Positions 1-12,800 of a stretch of DNA of 64,000 nucleotides are shown in pieces (the first letter of the stretch is position 1; every line of letters starts with the position of its first letter). Made by a program: the position numbers and the translations under genes. The notes beneath the pieces are model-generated. The model was not told the DNA's origin. It did no database searches and saw nothing but the letters and a program-made list of their open reading frames with translations. Source of the DNA: Felis catus (lineage: Eukaryota); NCBI RefSeq assembly GCF_018350175.1, contig NC_058368.1, positions 120,654,001 through 120,718,000 of the forward strand, in the 5' to 3' direction.

Positions 1-1010
1 CAATCCCTATCAAAATAACACCAGCATTCTTCACAGAGCTAGAACAAACAATTCTAAAATTTATATGGAACCAGAAAACACCCTGAATAACCAAAGTAAT
101 GTTGAAAAGATAACCAAAGCTGGAGGCATCACAATTCTGGACTTCAAGGTGTAATACAAACCTGTAATCATCAAGACAATATAATACTAGCACAAAAACA
201 GACACATGGATCAGCAGAACAGCATAGAGAACCCAGAAATGGACTCACAAATGTGTGGCCAACTAATCTTCAACAAAGCAGGGAAGAATATCTCCAAAAG
301 ACAGTCTCTTTAGCAAATGGTGCTGGGAAGACTAGACAGAAGAATGAAACTAGACCACTTTCTTATACCATACACAAAAATATATTCAAAATGGATGCAA
401 GGCCTAATTGTGAGATAGGAAACTATCAAAATTCTACAGGAAAAGAGAGTCAGCAACCTCTCTGACCTCAGCCACTGCAACTTCTTACTACACATGTCCC
501 TGGAGGCAAGGGAAACAAAAGCAAAAATGAACTATTGGAACCTCATCAAGATAAAAAGCTCCTGCATGGTGAAGGAAACCATTAACAAAACTAAAAGGCA
601 ATTGATGGAATGGGAAAAGATATTTACAAATGACATTATTGGACAAAGTGTTAGTATCCAAAATCTATAAAGAACTTCTCAAACTCGACACCCCAAAAAA
701 CCAAATAATCCAGTGAAGAAATAAAAAGAAGACATGACTAGATACTTTTCCAAAGAAGTCATCCAGACGGCTAACAGACACATGAAAAGATGTGCAACAT
801 CACTCTTCATCAAGGAAATACTAATCCAAACCATGATGAGATACCACCTCACACCTGTCAGAATGGCTAAAATGAACAACTCAGGAAATAAGAGATGTTA
901 ATGAGGATTTGGAGAAAGGGGCGCACTTTTGCACTGTTGGTGGGAATGCAAACTGGTACAGCCACTCTGGATAATAGTATGGAGGTTCCTCAAAAAATTT
1001 AAAAAAGAAT
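1..1010 (+). mobile_element. LINE-1 ORF2 C-terminal fragment (degenerate; runs off window start; 3' end missing)
   Basis: Colinear with the ORF2 3' part of the L1 at 7992 (e.g. caatccctatcaaaat..., ggtgctggga, gcactgttggtgggaatgcaaactgg, ggaggttcctcaaaaaa); contains stops and frameshifts. Confidence 0.95.
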
Positions 1011-1017
1011 CATTTCT

Positions 1018-1229
1018 GGGTCGCCAGGGTGGCTCAGTCGGTTAAGCATACAACTTCCTCTCAGGTCATGATCTCGAAGTTTGTGTGTTTGAGCCCCATA
1101 TTGGGCTCTGTGCTGACAGCTCAGAGCCTGAAGCCTGTTTCAGAATCTGTGTCTCCCTCTCTCTCTGTTTCTCCCCCACTTGTGCTCTGTCTCTCTCAAA
1201 AATAAACGTAAAAAAAAATTTAATAAAAT
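1018..1229 (+). mobile_element. Can-SINE (SINEC, tRNA-derived)
   Basis: Head gggtcgccagggtggctcagtcggttaag, (CT)n, A-tail; TSD aaaaaagaatca/tttct at 1001-1017 and 1230-1246 (1 mismatch). Confidence 0.95.
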
Positions 1230-2760
1230 AAAAAAGAATCTTTTCTTAATTTTTGTTAGTTACACGTTTAGTTCTTCACACCTTAAGTCATTCTGCTTCT
1301 TAAATTCGTATTACAATGACTTTATGAGTATTTCTCAATATTAAAGTTTTCTAAGAAAATCTTTCAATGTTGTAAAATTATGTAATATAGTACAAAACCT
1401 GACATAGTAGAGACATAATAGAGATTTAGAAAACATTTGTTGAGTGAATAAATGAATAGGGAAGTACTAAGAATTATTTCATAGGATTTTCTTAATTTGT
1501 AACTACGATAAACTACACTGTCATGAATGATGGCATGTTGAATGCATACAACTCTTTCTACTACATTTGGAATTTTCACTGAAAATGATAGTGAAGGGAT
1601 TTTTATGGCATAAACTTAGACCAAAAGGATAAAGAGAATAATACAAGAGATGATAGGAATAAACTTGGGGAAGTAGGAAAGTAAAAGGATGAGTAACAGC
1701 TGAGTTAACGTATATGCAAATGTGAAATAAACTGGCAGTAGGAAAAATGGAAAAGCAAACCGATCCACAATGTAGACTTCACCAAAGATTCAGAAAATGG
1801 TGGCACCAGGTACCTCTTCTGCAAGTAGAAGTGAAGATCCTACCACAGACATAGTGGTTGGTTCAAAGATCCAACTGTGTATTTCCAGGTGACTGCCCTT
1901 CTCACTCTAACCAAAGATTGTATAGTAATTCTCTGGAGGGGGAGAAACAGGGAGGCTGTAGACTAGGTGGATATCAGGGGGATGTACCATAATGAATACA
2001 CACAATTTAGCCAGTTGTAGAGAACTCAGCAGAGAAGTCCATTACTTGGAAAGAGGAAATGAATCTATTTGTGGGCTCATTCTCTTCCCTTGTCTTTCAC
2101 TGGTCAAGGCAAGAGAGCCCCTTGGTCTCAGGTCCTGTTTTGTTAAAGGGATTGCCAAGCATAAGCACTCACACACACACACACAAAATATTTATTACGA
2201 GACATGGGCATCTCTGTCACTCAGCCCTGGCATAGAGCAACCCTGAACCCTCAACAGTTGCTCTTGTAGCTAACACCACACAGGCTCCGGGGAAATACTT
2301 CTCTGCAACTCTTACCCTGTTTATCATCTTTATGCAGAAGTCCATGGTGGGCCACTGCTGATACAAGGATGGATACAGTGCAGAGTATGACAAAACTTAT
2401 CAGTAGACACACTTAGGTCAGAGAATGTAAGGAATCATTCTTCTCAGACAGCAAGAGTGGAACGGACTCTTACATGACAATTATTTTCTGGATATGCTAA
2501 GCATCCATTTTCCTTTGGTACCTATTCTGCATTCTATAAGTACCTAAAAATTAATGCAGCATTTACAAGATTAATACATAGTGGTTCAAAGACATCTTGC
2601 AATAGTAAACAATATTACTTTTAAATTTGTGCCAACTCCATGTAGATCTGAATGTAACACATATGAAATATGTAGCTGATTGTTTACCTTGGCAACTAGA
2701 TTAAGTTTGAGCCCTTCCAATGAGAATAGTTTTGTTTAATAAAAATATTTAGTGATTTAA

Positions 2761-2932
2761 AGAACAAACATGGTTTCCAGAAGGGAGGTGGGTAGGGGGA
2801 AGGGTGAAATAGATGAAGGGGATAATAACTTATCATGATGAGCACTGAGTAATGAATAGAATTGTTAAATCACTCTATTGTACACCTGAAACTAATAAAA
2901 CACTGTATTTTAATTATATTTGAATAAAAAAA
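2761..2932 (+). mobile_element. LINE-1 3'UTR terminal fragment (carnivore L1_Carn-like)
   Basis: gatgagcactgagtaatg...ttgtacacctgaaactaat...aataaaaa, typical L1 3' terminus. Confidence 0.8.
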
Positions 2933-2936
2933 GTTT

Positions 2937-3146
2937 GTTTTTTTTATTTTTTTTTATTTTTTGGGACAGAGAGAGACAGAGCATGAACGGGGGAGGGGCA
3001 GAGAGAGAGGGAGACACAGAATCGGAAACAGGCTCCAGGCTCTGAGCCATCAGCCCAGAGCCTGACGCAGGGCTCGAACTCCCGGACCGCGAGATGGTGA
3101 CCTGGCTGAAGTCGGATGCTTAACCGACTGCGCCACCCAGGCGCCC
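2937..3146 (-). mobile_element. Young felid Can-SINE (SINEC_Fc type)
   Basis: Reverse complement of gggcgcctgggtggcgcagtcggttaag...ttcagccaggtcac; perfect 16-bp TSD tgaataaaaaaagttt at 2921-2936 and 3147-3162. Confidence 0.97.
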
Positions 3147-3750
3147 TGAATAAAAAAAGTTTTTAACTAAATTTTCTAATTTAATAAATGTTTAAAGAAA
3201 TATGTTAAGATGAGTAAATTTAATATTGATATTAATTCGTGTTTTGTTTTTAATTTTAACATAAAAATATAAATGTATATTACTTACTTTAAATAAAACT
3301 TTTTAAAAACCTAAGTGAAAAATAATTTATTTTACATCTCTTTACTTTTTTGACAAAATAGACTTGAGTTGTGTATAACTGAATAAACCTCATTTTTTAA
3401 TCTTTTAAAGCACTCATATCAGTTTACCCCAAGTTATATAAAAATCTTGATTATAAAAGATCTTGCTGAAATAAAACAAAAAAAGTATATTAATTTATAA
3501 ATTATATATATATATCACTATTTTTAATACTCCACAAAACATCACTAGTCCATCAACAAAATACCAAGATCTGTCATGATTCTTAAATTCAGTATTTTGA
3601 TATTTTATCAGTGTTAATTCATATAAGTAATACAGTTTGATTCATATTTTTCAACCCTGTCACTATAAAGGTATGCCTGTAAAGGTAGGAGATTTAACTT
3701 ATTTGTTGTATTTTTTCCAAGGTTTATTGAGATAAAATCAGTATACATCA

Positions 3751-3962
3751 GGGGCCCCTGGGTGGCTCAGTCAGTTCAGCATCTGACTCTTGATTTTGGC
3801 TCAGGTCATGACCTCATGATTTTGAGACAAAGCCCCAGTTTGGGCTCCACACTGGGTATGGAGGCTGCCTGGGATTCTCTCTCTCCCTCTCCCTCTCCCT
3901 CTCCCTCTCCCTCTCCCTCTCCCTCTCCCTCTCCCTCTCCCTGTCCCCTGCTCATGCACATG
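3751..3962 (+). mobile_element. Older Can-SINE, tail missing, with expanded (CTCCCT)n
   Basis: Head ggggcccctgggtggctcagtcag...ttggctcaggtcatgacc; hexamer run ~3880-3941; no poly(A) or TSD found. Confidence 0.9.
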
Positions 3963-6309
3963 CACCTTCTCTGTAGCAGGTACAATGGAGGCCAGGCCAA
4001 GCCCAGCCTCACCCTGAAGGAAGTTCACATAGGCAGTGGCCTCTCAGTGGCAGACGCAGCTAAAAGCCTTGGGTGGATGAGCCCAGATGAATTTAGGAAG
4101 ACATTTGAATGGATATACTTGCTAAATATGTTCTGCTACTCAAGGAAAAATAGACAGTATCATGTGATCTGACCCCTAACATGTCAAATCTGATCCAGCC
4201 CACCTAGTCCAGAAGCCCAAGAAATGAAGTATCATATCTCTGTGCCTACCAATATTCTGTATGTGACATTCTTACTCAATTGACCTCCACCCACACCCAC
4301 CACAAGTGCACACTAGCTCCACTGGGGATATGGCAATTTGAAGTCCCAGGTCTTTTCAGTTCAGGGTAGAGCACTCTGGTTGGGATGAGAGATGACCTGA
4401 GAGTTGTGCCCCACAGTAGCTCATATGTCCTCAGCAGGGAACCTGAATCACAGGAACAAAACCATCAGAACCAGCAGGACCATCAGGGCAGGAAAATAGG
4501 GGAGATTCACTCAGATCCTACCAGATCTGTTTCCAAAACCCTAAGAAAGAGTCTTGACCAGAGCGACGATGCATATTCCTTTACCAGGACTCCTGGCAGG
4601 GGTGGTACGAGTTCCACATTCTCAGACCTTTGTGTTTAACACACAGTTTCCCTTAACCATTTCTTGCTTTAGCACTCTGTGTGTGTGCTCCATCTAATTA
4701 AAGTGAGAAGTGCAGCACAGTCAAAGAGGGGTCTTTTAAAGGGGAGAGGCAGTAATAAACTCTCATAAAAGCCACCACTAACTACTCTACTGAAGAGGCA
4801 TGAGCCATTATCAGACTGAGAGGGCACCGGGTGCCTCATGATGATTGATGGCCCCGTACCTACATTAGCCATTATTCTTGAAGACAAGCGTAGAACTCAA
4901 ATGCCCAGGAGTTCTAGGATATGTACATATATATCCTGTCTGTATGGATGGGTCCATGATTTAGTGCTAACAAACATATCTTTAGGAGGAAAATAGATGT
5001 ACTAATCGACAAAGATTTAAGCTGCAGAAAGAATCATCAATCTCCCCTGCTGTAATGGTCACTTTGCCTTCCTTTTTTGTAATGTGATTTTTCTAAAGAT
5101 TTTTTTATTGCTTACTTTTCAGTTTTCACACATTATAATTCCAAGTTGAATTTCTTCTAAGTATATTGCAGGGTACTGCAAGCACAATGATTCAAGAGTG
5201 TTCTCATAAATTAATGCTAATTATTCTGTCACTATGTAGATCTATGTATCTACTTATCTACTTACATAAATAAACAGATGGTAGGTAGGCAGGTAGATAT
5301 AGATAGAAATAATAGATCTGTAGATACAGACATTTTTAATTCAGGAGTTGAAAGGTATTCCTTTAAGACAATGCATGTTTCCAGCCTCTATTTATTGAGC
5401 ATTTAATAGTTCAGATCTCCTAGCTGAGCCTTAGCACATAGTGGGGTCTGATATATAGCTTCCATAAGGAATTAGAAAACGGATGGCAACTAAGGATTCA
5501 AATAGCATGTGAACACTTTACAAAGGCACGTGCCGTTTTTACAAAGCCGCTTTCACAAAGCCATGTTGACCACACAGATTTTTTGGTGTCATCATTTTTT
5601 TCTTTGTTTAAATTAAGAGGCAGAAGACATTTCTTGGGCCCTACTCCAACCCTGATTCCATTCAGGGGCAGAGACGAATTAAGGTTCTGAGATCCCTTTT
5701 GTGTATAAAACTGGATCATTAGAAATTGTTCTTATATTGGGACATATTAAAATATCCCTAACCTCAGAGTGCTCATGTCAAATAGTAGAGCCTAATTAAC
5801 TGCATTAAAATATAGTATTTGATGCCATCAGGCTTTATCTCTCCTATGCATTTGTAGGCAAAGAGTGAGAAAATGCTGTAGGAATTAATACACACAAAGA
5901 ATACTAGCAGAGATTGGTATTCCTGAAGCTCAGAGGAGAACTGGCATTATTTCAGAACAGGGTGTACCAAGAAAAGTTCATAGGAGGTGACATCCAAATT
6001 ATATCTGAAGGATGAACGGGAGAAACGACATGAGCAAAGGCACACGAGCTTGTGTGAGTGACCATATTGAAGTGTCCATGCTGGGGAAGGGCCCAAATTA
6101 AGGACAGAAAAAAAAAAATGTGCAAGATTGCAGAAGGAAGATTACTGAAGAATTAGAACTTTATCCTGCTGGCAGAAAGGTGCCCTTGCAACTTTGGGAG
6201 CCAGGAGCAGGGAATGTTTTAAGGAAGTGTGTTGACAATGATATGAGATAGGCCTAATAAAATCCTCAAGAATTATCTTTTATTTGGTTCTATGCTCACT
6301 AGTACAGTA

Positions 6310-6530
6310 GGTAATATTGATGGAGTTCTGAACAGGCCAAATATGGTGCTCAGTCCTCCTATCTCACTTAAGCTTTACAACTACACTATGAGCTTCACAT
6401 TTTACAGCTCAGGGGACAACCAAAAGGTTTAGTAATTTGCCCAAATTACATGAGCAACTGGAGCAAGGATGGGAGTCAAAGAAGTGTGACTCCAATGCCC
6501 ATGCTCTTAAGCACAAAGCCATCTTGCTGC
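6310..6530 (-). mobile_element. MIR fragment
   Basis: attttacagctcaggggacaac...aggtttagtaatttgcccaaattacatgagc...gtgtgactccaatgcccatgctcttaa, the MIR core in antisense. Confidence 0.65.
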
Positions 6531-6563
6531 CTTCAATCAGTCTTGTTAAAAAATGGCTATCCT

Positions 6564-6780
6564 GGGGCATCTGGGTGGCTCAGTTGGTTAAGTATCTGAC
6601 TTCATCTCAGATCATGATCCCACAGTTTGTGAGTATGAGCCCCATATTGGGCTCTCTGGTGCCAGCGTGGATTCACTTTGGAATCTCTGTCCCAATTTCT
6701 CTGCCCCTCCCCTGCTTGGGTGCACATGTACTCTCTCTCTCTTTCTCAAAAATAAACAAACATTAAAAGAACATTTTTTT
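6564..6780 (+). mobile_element. Can-SINE
   Basis: Head ggggcatctgggtggctcagttggttaag; TSD aatggctat/ccct at 6552-6563 and 6781-6792. Confidence 0.95.
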
Positions 6781-6919
6781 AATGGCTACCCTGTAGCTTT
6801 CCTAAAGACAAAGGCTAGGCTAGCCAGTGTATTTTTGACAACTAGAACAGTGTCTTTTTGACAATGGTATGATACCACATTGCTTGTCATAACCCCATCA
6901 CCACAGGATGGATAAATAA

Positions 6920-7125
6920 ACAGTTCAAATCACAGCTCAATATCTGATTACTTACATAACCTTTAATCAGTTATTCAGTCTCTCTCTGCCTTAGCACATT
7001 TATCTGGAAAATGGAGATAACAGAATCTGGCTTTGGGAGTTGCTGTAAGTACAGGAACACATATAAAGTGTTTAGAAGACTGCCGGGCACACAGCATTTA
7101 ATAAGTGTTTGCAACTATCATTATT
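6920..7125 (+). mobile_element. MIR fragment
   Basis: gttcaaatcacagctc...agttattcagtctctctctgccttag...tctggaaaatggagataacag...taaagtgtttagaagactgccgggcacacag. Confidence 0.65.
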
Positions 7126-7991
7126 TCTTTGGGGCCAATTTAATTAATTAGAAATACAGTTTTAAATTGGCTTCCTATGCATTTTGGGTAGAGGGCAAGA
7201 ATGTGATGACTCTATTCTAGTCTGTTTGACATTTATATTTTCCCTTATAATATCAACCTCTAAATTTGGAGGGCTAACAATAATCCATATTGTGGCAATT
7301 TTACCACAGAAAATGTCACTTTTGGAAGTCTTCTGGAGCAGTCAGGCACCCCTACCCAAGTGACAATCACAATGTGTCATTCCAAGGACCTATCTGAAAC
7401 TATGAAAATGATCATGATTTACATTAATGGACCAATGAATGCTTAACTACAGAGGAGATAGATATTTTGTAAAATTGAACTCAAACTGTCTTTCTGTTCA
7501 TGATATTGGGCCTTCTCTTCCTTCTGTAACCCCTAGCTCCATCAGTTAGGTTTCTTGACCCCACCCAAAGGCTACATTCATCTTGATATTTTCTGACACG
7601 TTTCCTTATTCATCCCTGTCTCGTAGGTGGTTTCCAATAGTAGTTATGTCAAAATACGTCTTTACACATTTTGTATCACTCTGCATGACTACCCAGTAAC
7701 TTTTACTCCATATTAACTAAGAAAAGAGGGAGTTGAAAGCTCCTTTCCTGTCCTTGACTCTTTTCCCCAAACTCTCTCTAAATAAATGTTCCAATCCTTC
7801 CTCGAATGCTTTTCTATTACAAGCCTGAACATTCCAGGTCTGATCTCCATGCCAACCCTTCCTTCCTCACTGCCAGTAGTCTCTCAGTTAGGTTCTAACC
7901 TCTTCTTCTCAACTTAATTCATCTATGGGAACAACTCAGATGAGTAAGTCAAAATGGGCTAGATATATGAGGCATTAACAAATTAATGCTG

Positions 7992-8894
7992 GGCTTCTGG
8001 GAAGATGGCAGCGTAGGAGGATGCTGGGCTCACCGCATCCTGCGGATCACTTAGATTCCACCCACACCTGCCTAAATAACCCAGAAAATCGCCAGAAGAC
8101 CAGCAGAACGGATTCTCCAGAGCCAAGCATAGACAAGAGGTCCAGGGAAGAGGGTAGGAAGGGCGGAGAGGCGGTGGGTGCTACACGGACTGGCGGGAGT
8201 GATCTGGGTGGGGGGCAGCCTGCCGGCAAAGCAGCGCCCCCGAGTCTGGCTTGCGAAAATGGAGGGGCCAGACAGCAAGCGGGACTTAACATCTGGAGGT
8301 TATAAGTTAACAGATCTGCTCGGAGAACGGGAGGGCTGGAGGACAACGGGAGGGAGAGTTGTTGAGCCCAAGACAGCAGAGCGCAGCTTGGTGGGGAACA
8401 AAGGCACTAGCCAGTGCCATCTCCCTCACCCATCCCCAGCCGAAAACACAAAGGGAACCAGTTCCTGTCAGGGAACTTGCTTGCACCGTGCAAACACCCA
8501 ACGCTGTGCTTCTGCGGATCCATCCCTCCAGTGGGTCTGATTCCCTCCCAGTGCCACAGGGCCCCTCCAGAAGCCGATCACCAAAGGAAAAGCGAGCTGA
8601 GCCTGCCCTTCCCACCCCTGTGCACCTGGCCAATCCACCCCAGCTAATACGCCAGATCTCCAGCACCACAAGCCTGGCAGTGTGCAACCAGCCCAGATGG
8701 GCCATGCCACCCCACAGTGAATCCCGCTCTTAGGAGAGGGGAATAGAAGGTACACACCAGTCTGACTGTGGCCCCACCGGTGGGCTGGGGGCAGACATCA
8801 GGTCTGACTGCAGCCCCTCCCACCAATGCAAGTTATTCAAGACAGCACAGGGGAAGTGCCCTACAGTTCCGCACCACTCCAGGGACTATCCAAA
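7992..8894 (+). promoter_or_regulatory. L1 5'UTR internal Pol II promoter with YY1-like AAGATGGC at 8002-8009
   Basis: GC/CpG-enriched relative to flanks; AAGATGGC lies about 10 nt from the element start, as is established for mammalian L1 promoters. Confidence 0.7.
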
Positions 8895-9788
8895 ATGACA
8901 AAACGGAAGAATTCCCCTCAAAAAAACCTCCAAGAAATAACGACAGCTAACAAACTGATCAAAAACGATTTAAACAATATAACAGAAAGTGAATTTAGAA
9001 TAATAGCCATAAAGTTAATCGTTGGGCTTGAAAACTGTATAAAGGACAGCAGAGACTCTATTGCTACAGAGAACAAGGGACTAAGGAACAGCCAGGAGGA
9101 GCTAAAAAATGTTATTAATGAGCTGCAAAATGAAATGGAGATGACCACAGCTCAGATTGAAGAGGCAGAGGAGAGAATAGGTGAACTAGAAGATAAAATT
9201 ATGGAAAAAGAAGAAACTGAGAAACAGAGAGATTAAAAAATCCAGGAGTATGAAGGGAGAATTAGAGAACTAAGTGATGCACTAAAGAGAAATAATCTAT
9301 GCATAATTGGTATTCCAGAAGAGGAAGAGAGAGGGAAAGGTGCTGAAGGGGTACTTGAAGAAATAATAGCTGAGAACTTCCTTGAACTGGGGAAGGAAAA
9401 AGGCATTGAAATCCACGAGGCACAGAGAACTCCCTTCAGACGTAACTTGAATCGATCTTCCGCACGACATATCATAGTGAAACTGGCAAAATACAGGGAT
9501 AAAGAGAAAATTCTGAAAGCAGCTAGGGATAAACGTGTTCTATCATATAAAGGGAGACCGATAAGACTAGGGATGGATCTCTCTACTGAAACTTGGCAGG
9601 CCAGAAAGGAATGGCAGGAAATCTTCAATGTGATGAACAGAAAAAATATGCAGCTGAGAATCCTCTATCCAGCAAATCTGTCATTTAGAATAGAAGGAGA
9701 GATAAAGGTCTTCCCAAACAAACAAAAACTGAAGGAATTCATCACCACTAAACCAGCCCTACAAGAGATCCTAAGGGGGATCCTGTGA
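8895..9788 (+). pseudogene. L1 ORF1p (RNA-binding/chaperone) with a single premature stop
   Basis: MTKRKNSPQK...ALQEILRGIL; 298 codons in one frame, interrupted only by TAA at 9234-9236 (AAA in the copy at ~21818). Confidence 0.93.
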
Positions 9789-9817
9789 GACAAAGTACCA
9801 GAGACATCGCTACAAGC

Positions 9818-12800
9818 ATGAAACCTACGGACATCACAATGACTCTAAACCCATATCTTTCTATAATAACACTGAATGTAAATGGAATAATGCGCCAACC
9901 AAAAGACAGAGGGTATCAGAATGGATAAAAAAACAAGACCCATCTATTTGCTGTCTACAAGAGACTCATTTTAGACCTGAGGACACTTTCAGATTGAAAG
10001 TGAGGGGATGAAGAACTATTTACCATGCTACTGGAAGTCAAAAGAAAGCTGGACTAGCCATACTTATATCAGACAAACTATAATTTAAAGGCTGTAACAA
10101 GAGATAAAGAAGGGCATTATATAATAATCACAGGGTCTATCCATCAAGAAGAACAAACAATTATAAATGTCTAGGAGCTAAATACAGGAGCCCCCAAATA
10201 TATAAAACAATTACTCACAAACATAAGCAACCTTATTGCCAAGAATGTGGTCATTGCAGGGGACTTTAATACCCCACTTACAACAATGGATAAATCATCT
10301 AGACACATGGTCAATAAGAAACAAGGGCCCTGAATGATACAGTGGATCAGATGGACTTGACAGATATATTTAGAACTCTGCATCCCAAAGCAACAGAATA
10401 TACTTTCTTCTTGAATGCGCATGGAACATTCTCCAAGATAGACCACATACTGGGTGACAAAACAGCCCTTCATAAGTATACAAGAATTGAGATCATACCA
10501 TGTATACTTTCAGACCACAATGCTATGAAGCTTGAAATCAACCACAGGAAAAAGTCTGGAAAACCTCCAAAAGCATGGAGGTTAAAGAACACCCCACTAA
10601 AGAATGAATGGGTCAACCAGGCAATTAGAGAAGCATTTTAAAAATATATGGAAACAAATGAAAATGAAATACAACAATCTAAATGCTTTGGTATGCAGCA
10701 AAGGCAGTCCTGAGAGGAAAATACATTGCAATCCAGGCCTATCTCAAGAAACAAGAAAAATCCCAAATACAGAATCTAACAGCACACCTAAAGGAAATAG
10801 AAGCAGAGCAGCAAATACACCCCAAACCCAGCAGAAGAAGAGCAATAATAAAGGTCAGAGCAGAAATAAACAATATAGAATCTAAAAAAACTGTAGAGCA
10901 GATTGATGAAACCAAGAGTTGGTTTTTTGGAAAATTTAACAAAATTGATAAACCTCTAGCCAGGCTTCTCAAAAAGAAAATGGAGAGGACCCAAATAGAT
11001 AAAATAATGAATGAAAATGGAATTATTACAACCAATCCCTAAGAAATACAAGCAATTATCAGGAAATACTATGAGAAATTATATGCCAACAAATTGGACA
11101 ACCTGGAAGAAATGGACAAATTCCTAAGCACCCACACACTTCCAAAACTCAAACAGGAAGAAATAGAAAACTTGAACAGACCCAAAACCAGCAAAGAAAT
11201 TGAATCAGTTATCAAAAACCTCCCAACAAATAAGAGTCCAAGACCAGATGGCTTCCCTGGGGAGTTCTACCAGACATTTAAAGCAGAGATAATACCCATC
11301 CTTCTCAAGTTATTCCAAAAAATAGAAATGGAAGGAAAACTTCCAGACTCATTCTAAGAAGCCAGTATTTGATTCCTAAACCAGACAGAGACCCAGTAAA
11401 CAAAGAGAACTACAGGCCAATATCCCTGATGAATATGGATGCAAAAATTCTCGATAAGATACTAGCAAATCGAATTCAACAGCATATAAAAAGAATTATT
11501 CACCATGATCAAGTGGGAGTCATTCCTGGGAGGTAGGGCTGGTTCAACATTCACAAATCAATTAACGTGATACATCACATTAATAAAAGAAAAGATAAGA
11601 ACCATATGATCCTGTCAATCGATGCAGAAAAAGCATTTGACAAAATTCAGCATCCTTTCTTAATAAAAACCCTCAAGAAAGTCGGGATAGAAGGAACATA
11701 CTTAAACATCATAAAAGCCATTTATGAAAAGCCCACAGCTAATATCATCCTCAATGGGGAAAAACTTTCCCCAAAGCTTTCCCCCTGAGATCACGAACAC
11801 GACAGGGGTGTCCACCCTCACCTCTGTTGTTCAACATAGTGTTGGAAGTGCCAGCATCAGCAATCAGACAACAAAAGGAAATCGAAGGCATCAAAATTGG
11901 CAAAGATGAGGTCAAGCTTTCACTTTTTGCAGATGACATGATGTTATACATGGAAAACCCAATAGACTCCACCAAAAGTCTGTAGAACTGATACATGAAT
12001 TCAGCAAAGTCGCAGGATACAAAATCAATGTACAGAAATCAGTTACATTCTTATACACTGATAATGAAGCAACAGAAAGACAAATAAAGAAACTGATCCC
12101 ATTCACAATTGCACCAAGAAACATAAAATACCTAGAAATAAATCTAACCAAAGATCTAAAAGATCTGTATGCTGAAAACTGTAGAAAGCTTAGGAAGGAA
12201 ATTGAAGAAGATATAAAGAAAGGGAAAGACATTCCATGCTCATGGATTGGAAGAATAAATATTGTTAAAATGTCAATGCTACCCAAAGCTATCTACACAT
12301 TCAATGCAATCCCAATCAAAATTGCACCAGCATTCTTCTCGAAGCTAGAACAAGCAATCCTAAAATTCATATGGAACCACAAAAGGCCCCGAGTAGCCAA
12401 AGTTATTTTGAATAAGAAGACCAAAGCAGGAGGCATCACAATCCCAGACTTTAGCCTCTACCACAAAGCTGTAATCATCAAGACAGCATGGTATTGGCAC
12501 AAAAACAGACACATAGACCAATGGAATAGAATAGAAACCCCAGAACTAGACCCACAAACGTATGGCCAACTCATCTTTGACAAAGCAGGAAAGAATATCC
12601 AATGGAAAAAAGACAGTCTCTTTAACAAATGGTGCTGGGAGAACTGGACAGCAACATGCAGAAGAATGAAACTAGACCACGTTCTTACACCATTCACAAA
12701 AATAAACTCAAAATGGATAAAGAACCTGAATGTGAGACAGGAAACCATCAAAACCCTAGAGGAGAAATCAGGAAAAGACCTCTCTGACCTCAGCCACAGC

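Noticed and set aside
3762..4172. 136-aa ORF with (SP)n and antisense (GR)n/(GE)n ORFs
   Set aside because: These are translations of the SINE (CTCCCT)n hexamer expansion.
8021..8950. Many overlapping ORFs, including a 132-aa antisense ORF (ORF0-like?)
   Set aside because: Stop-poor GC-rich L1 5'UTR; the frame is not preserved in the related copy at 20807-21490, and ORF0 is described only for primate L1.
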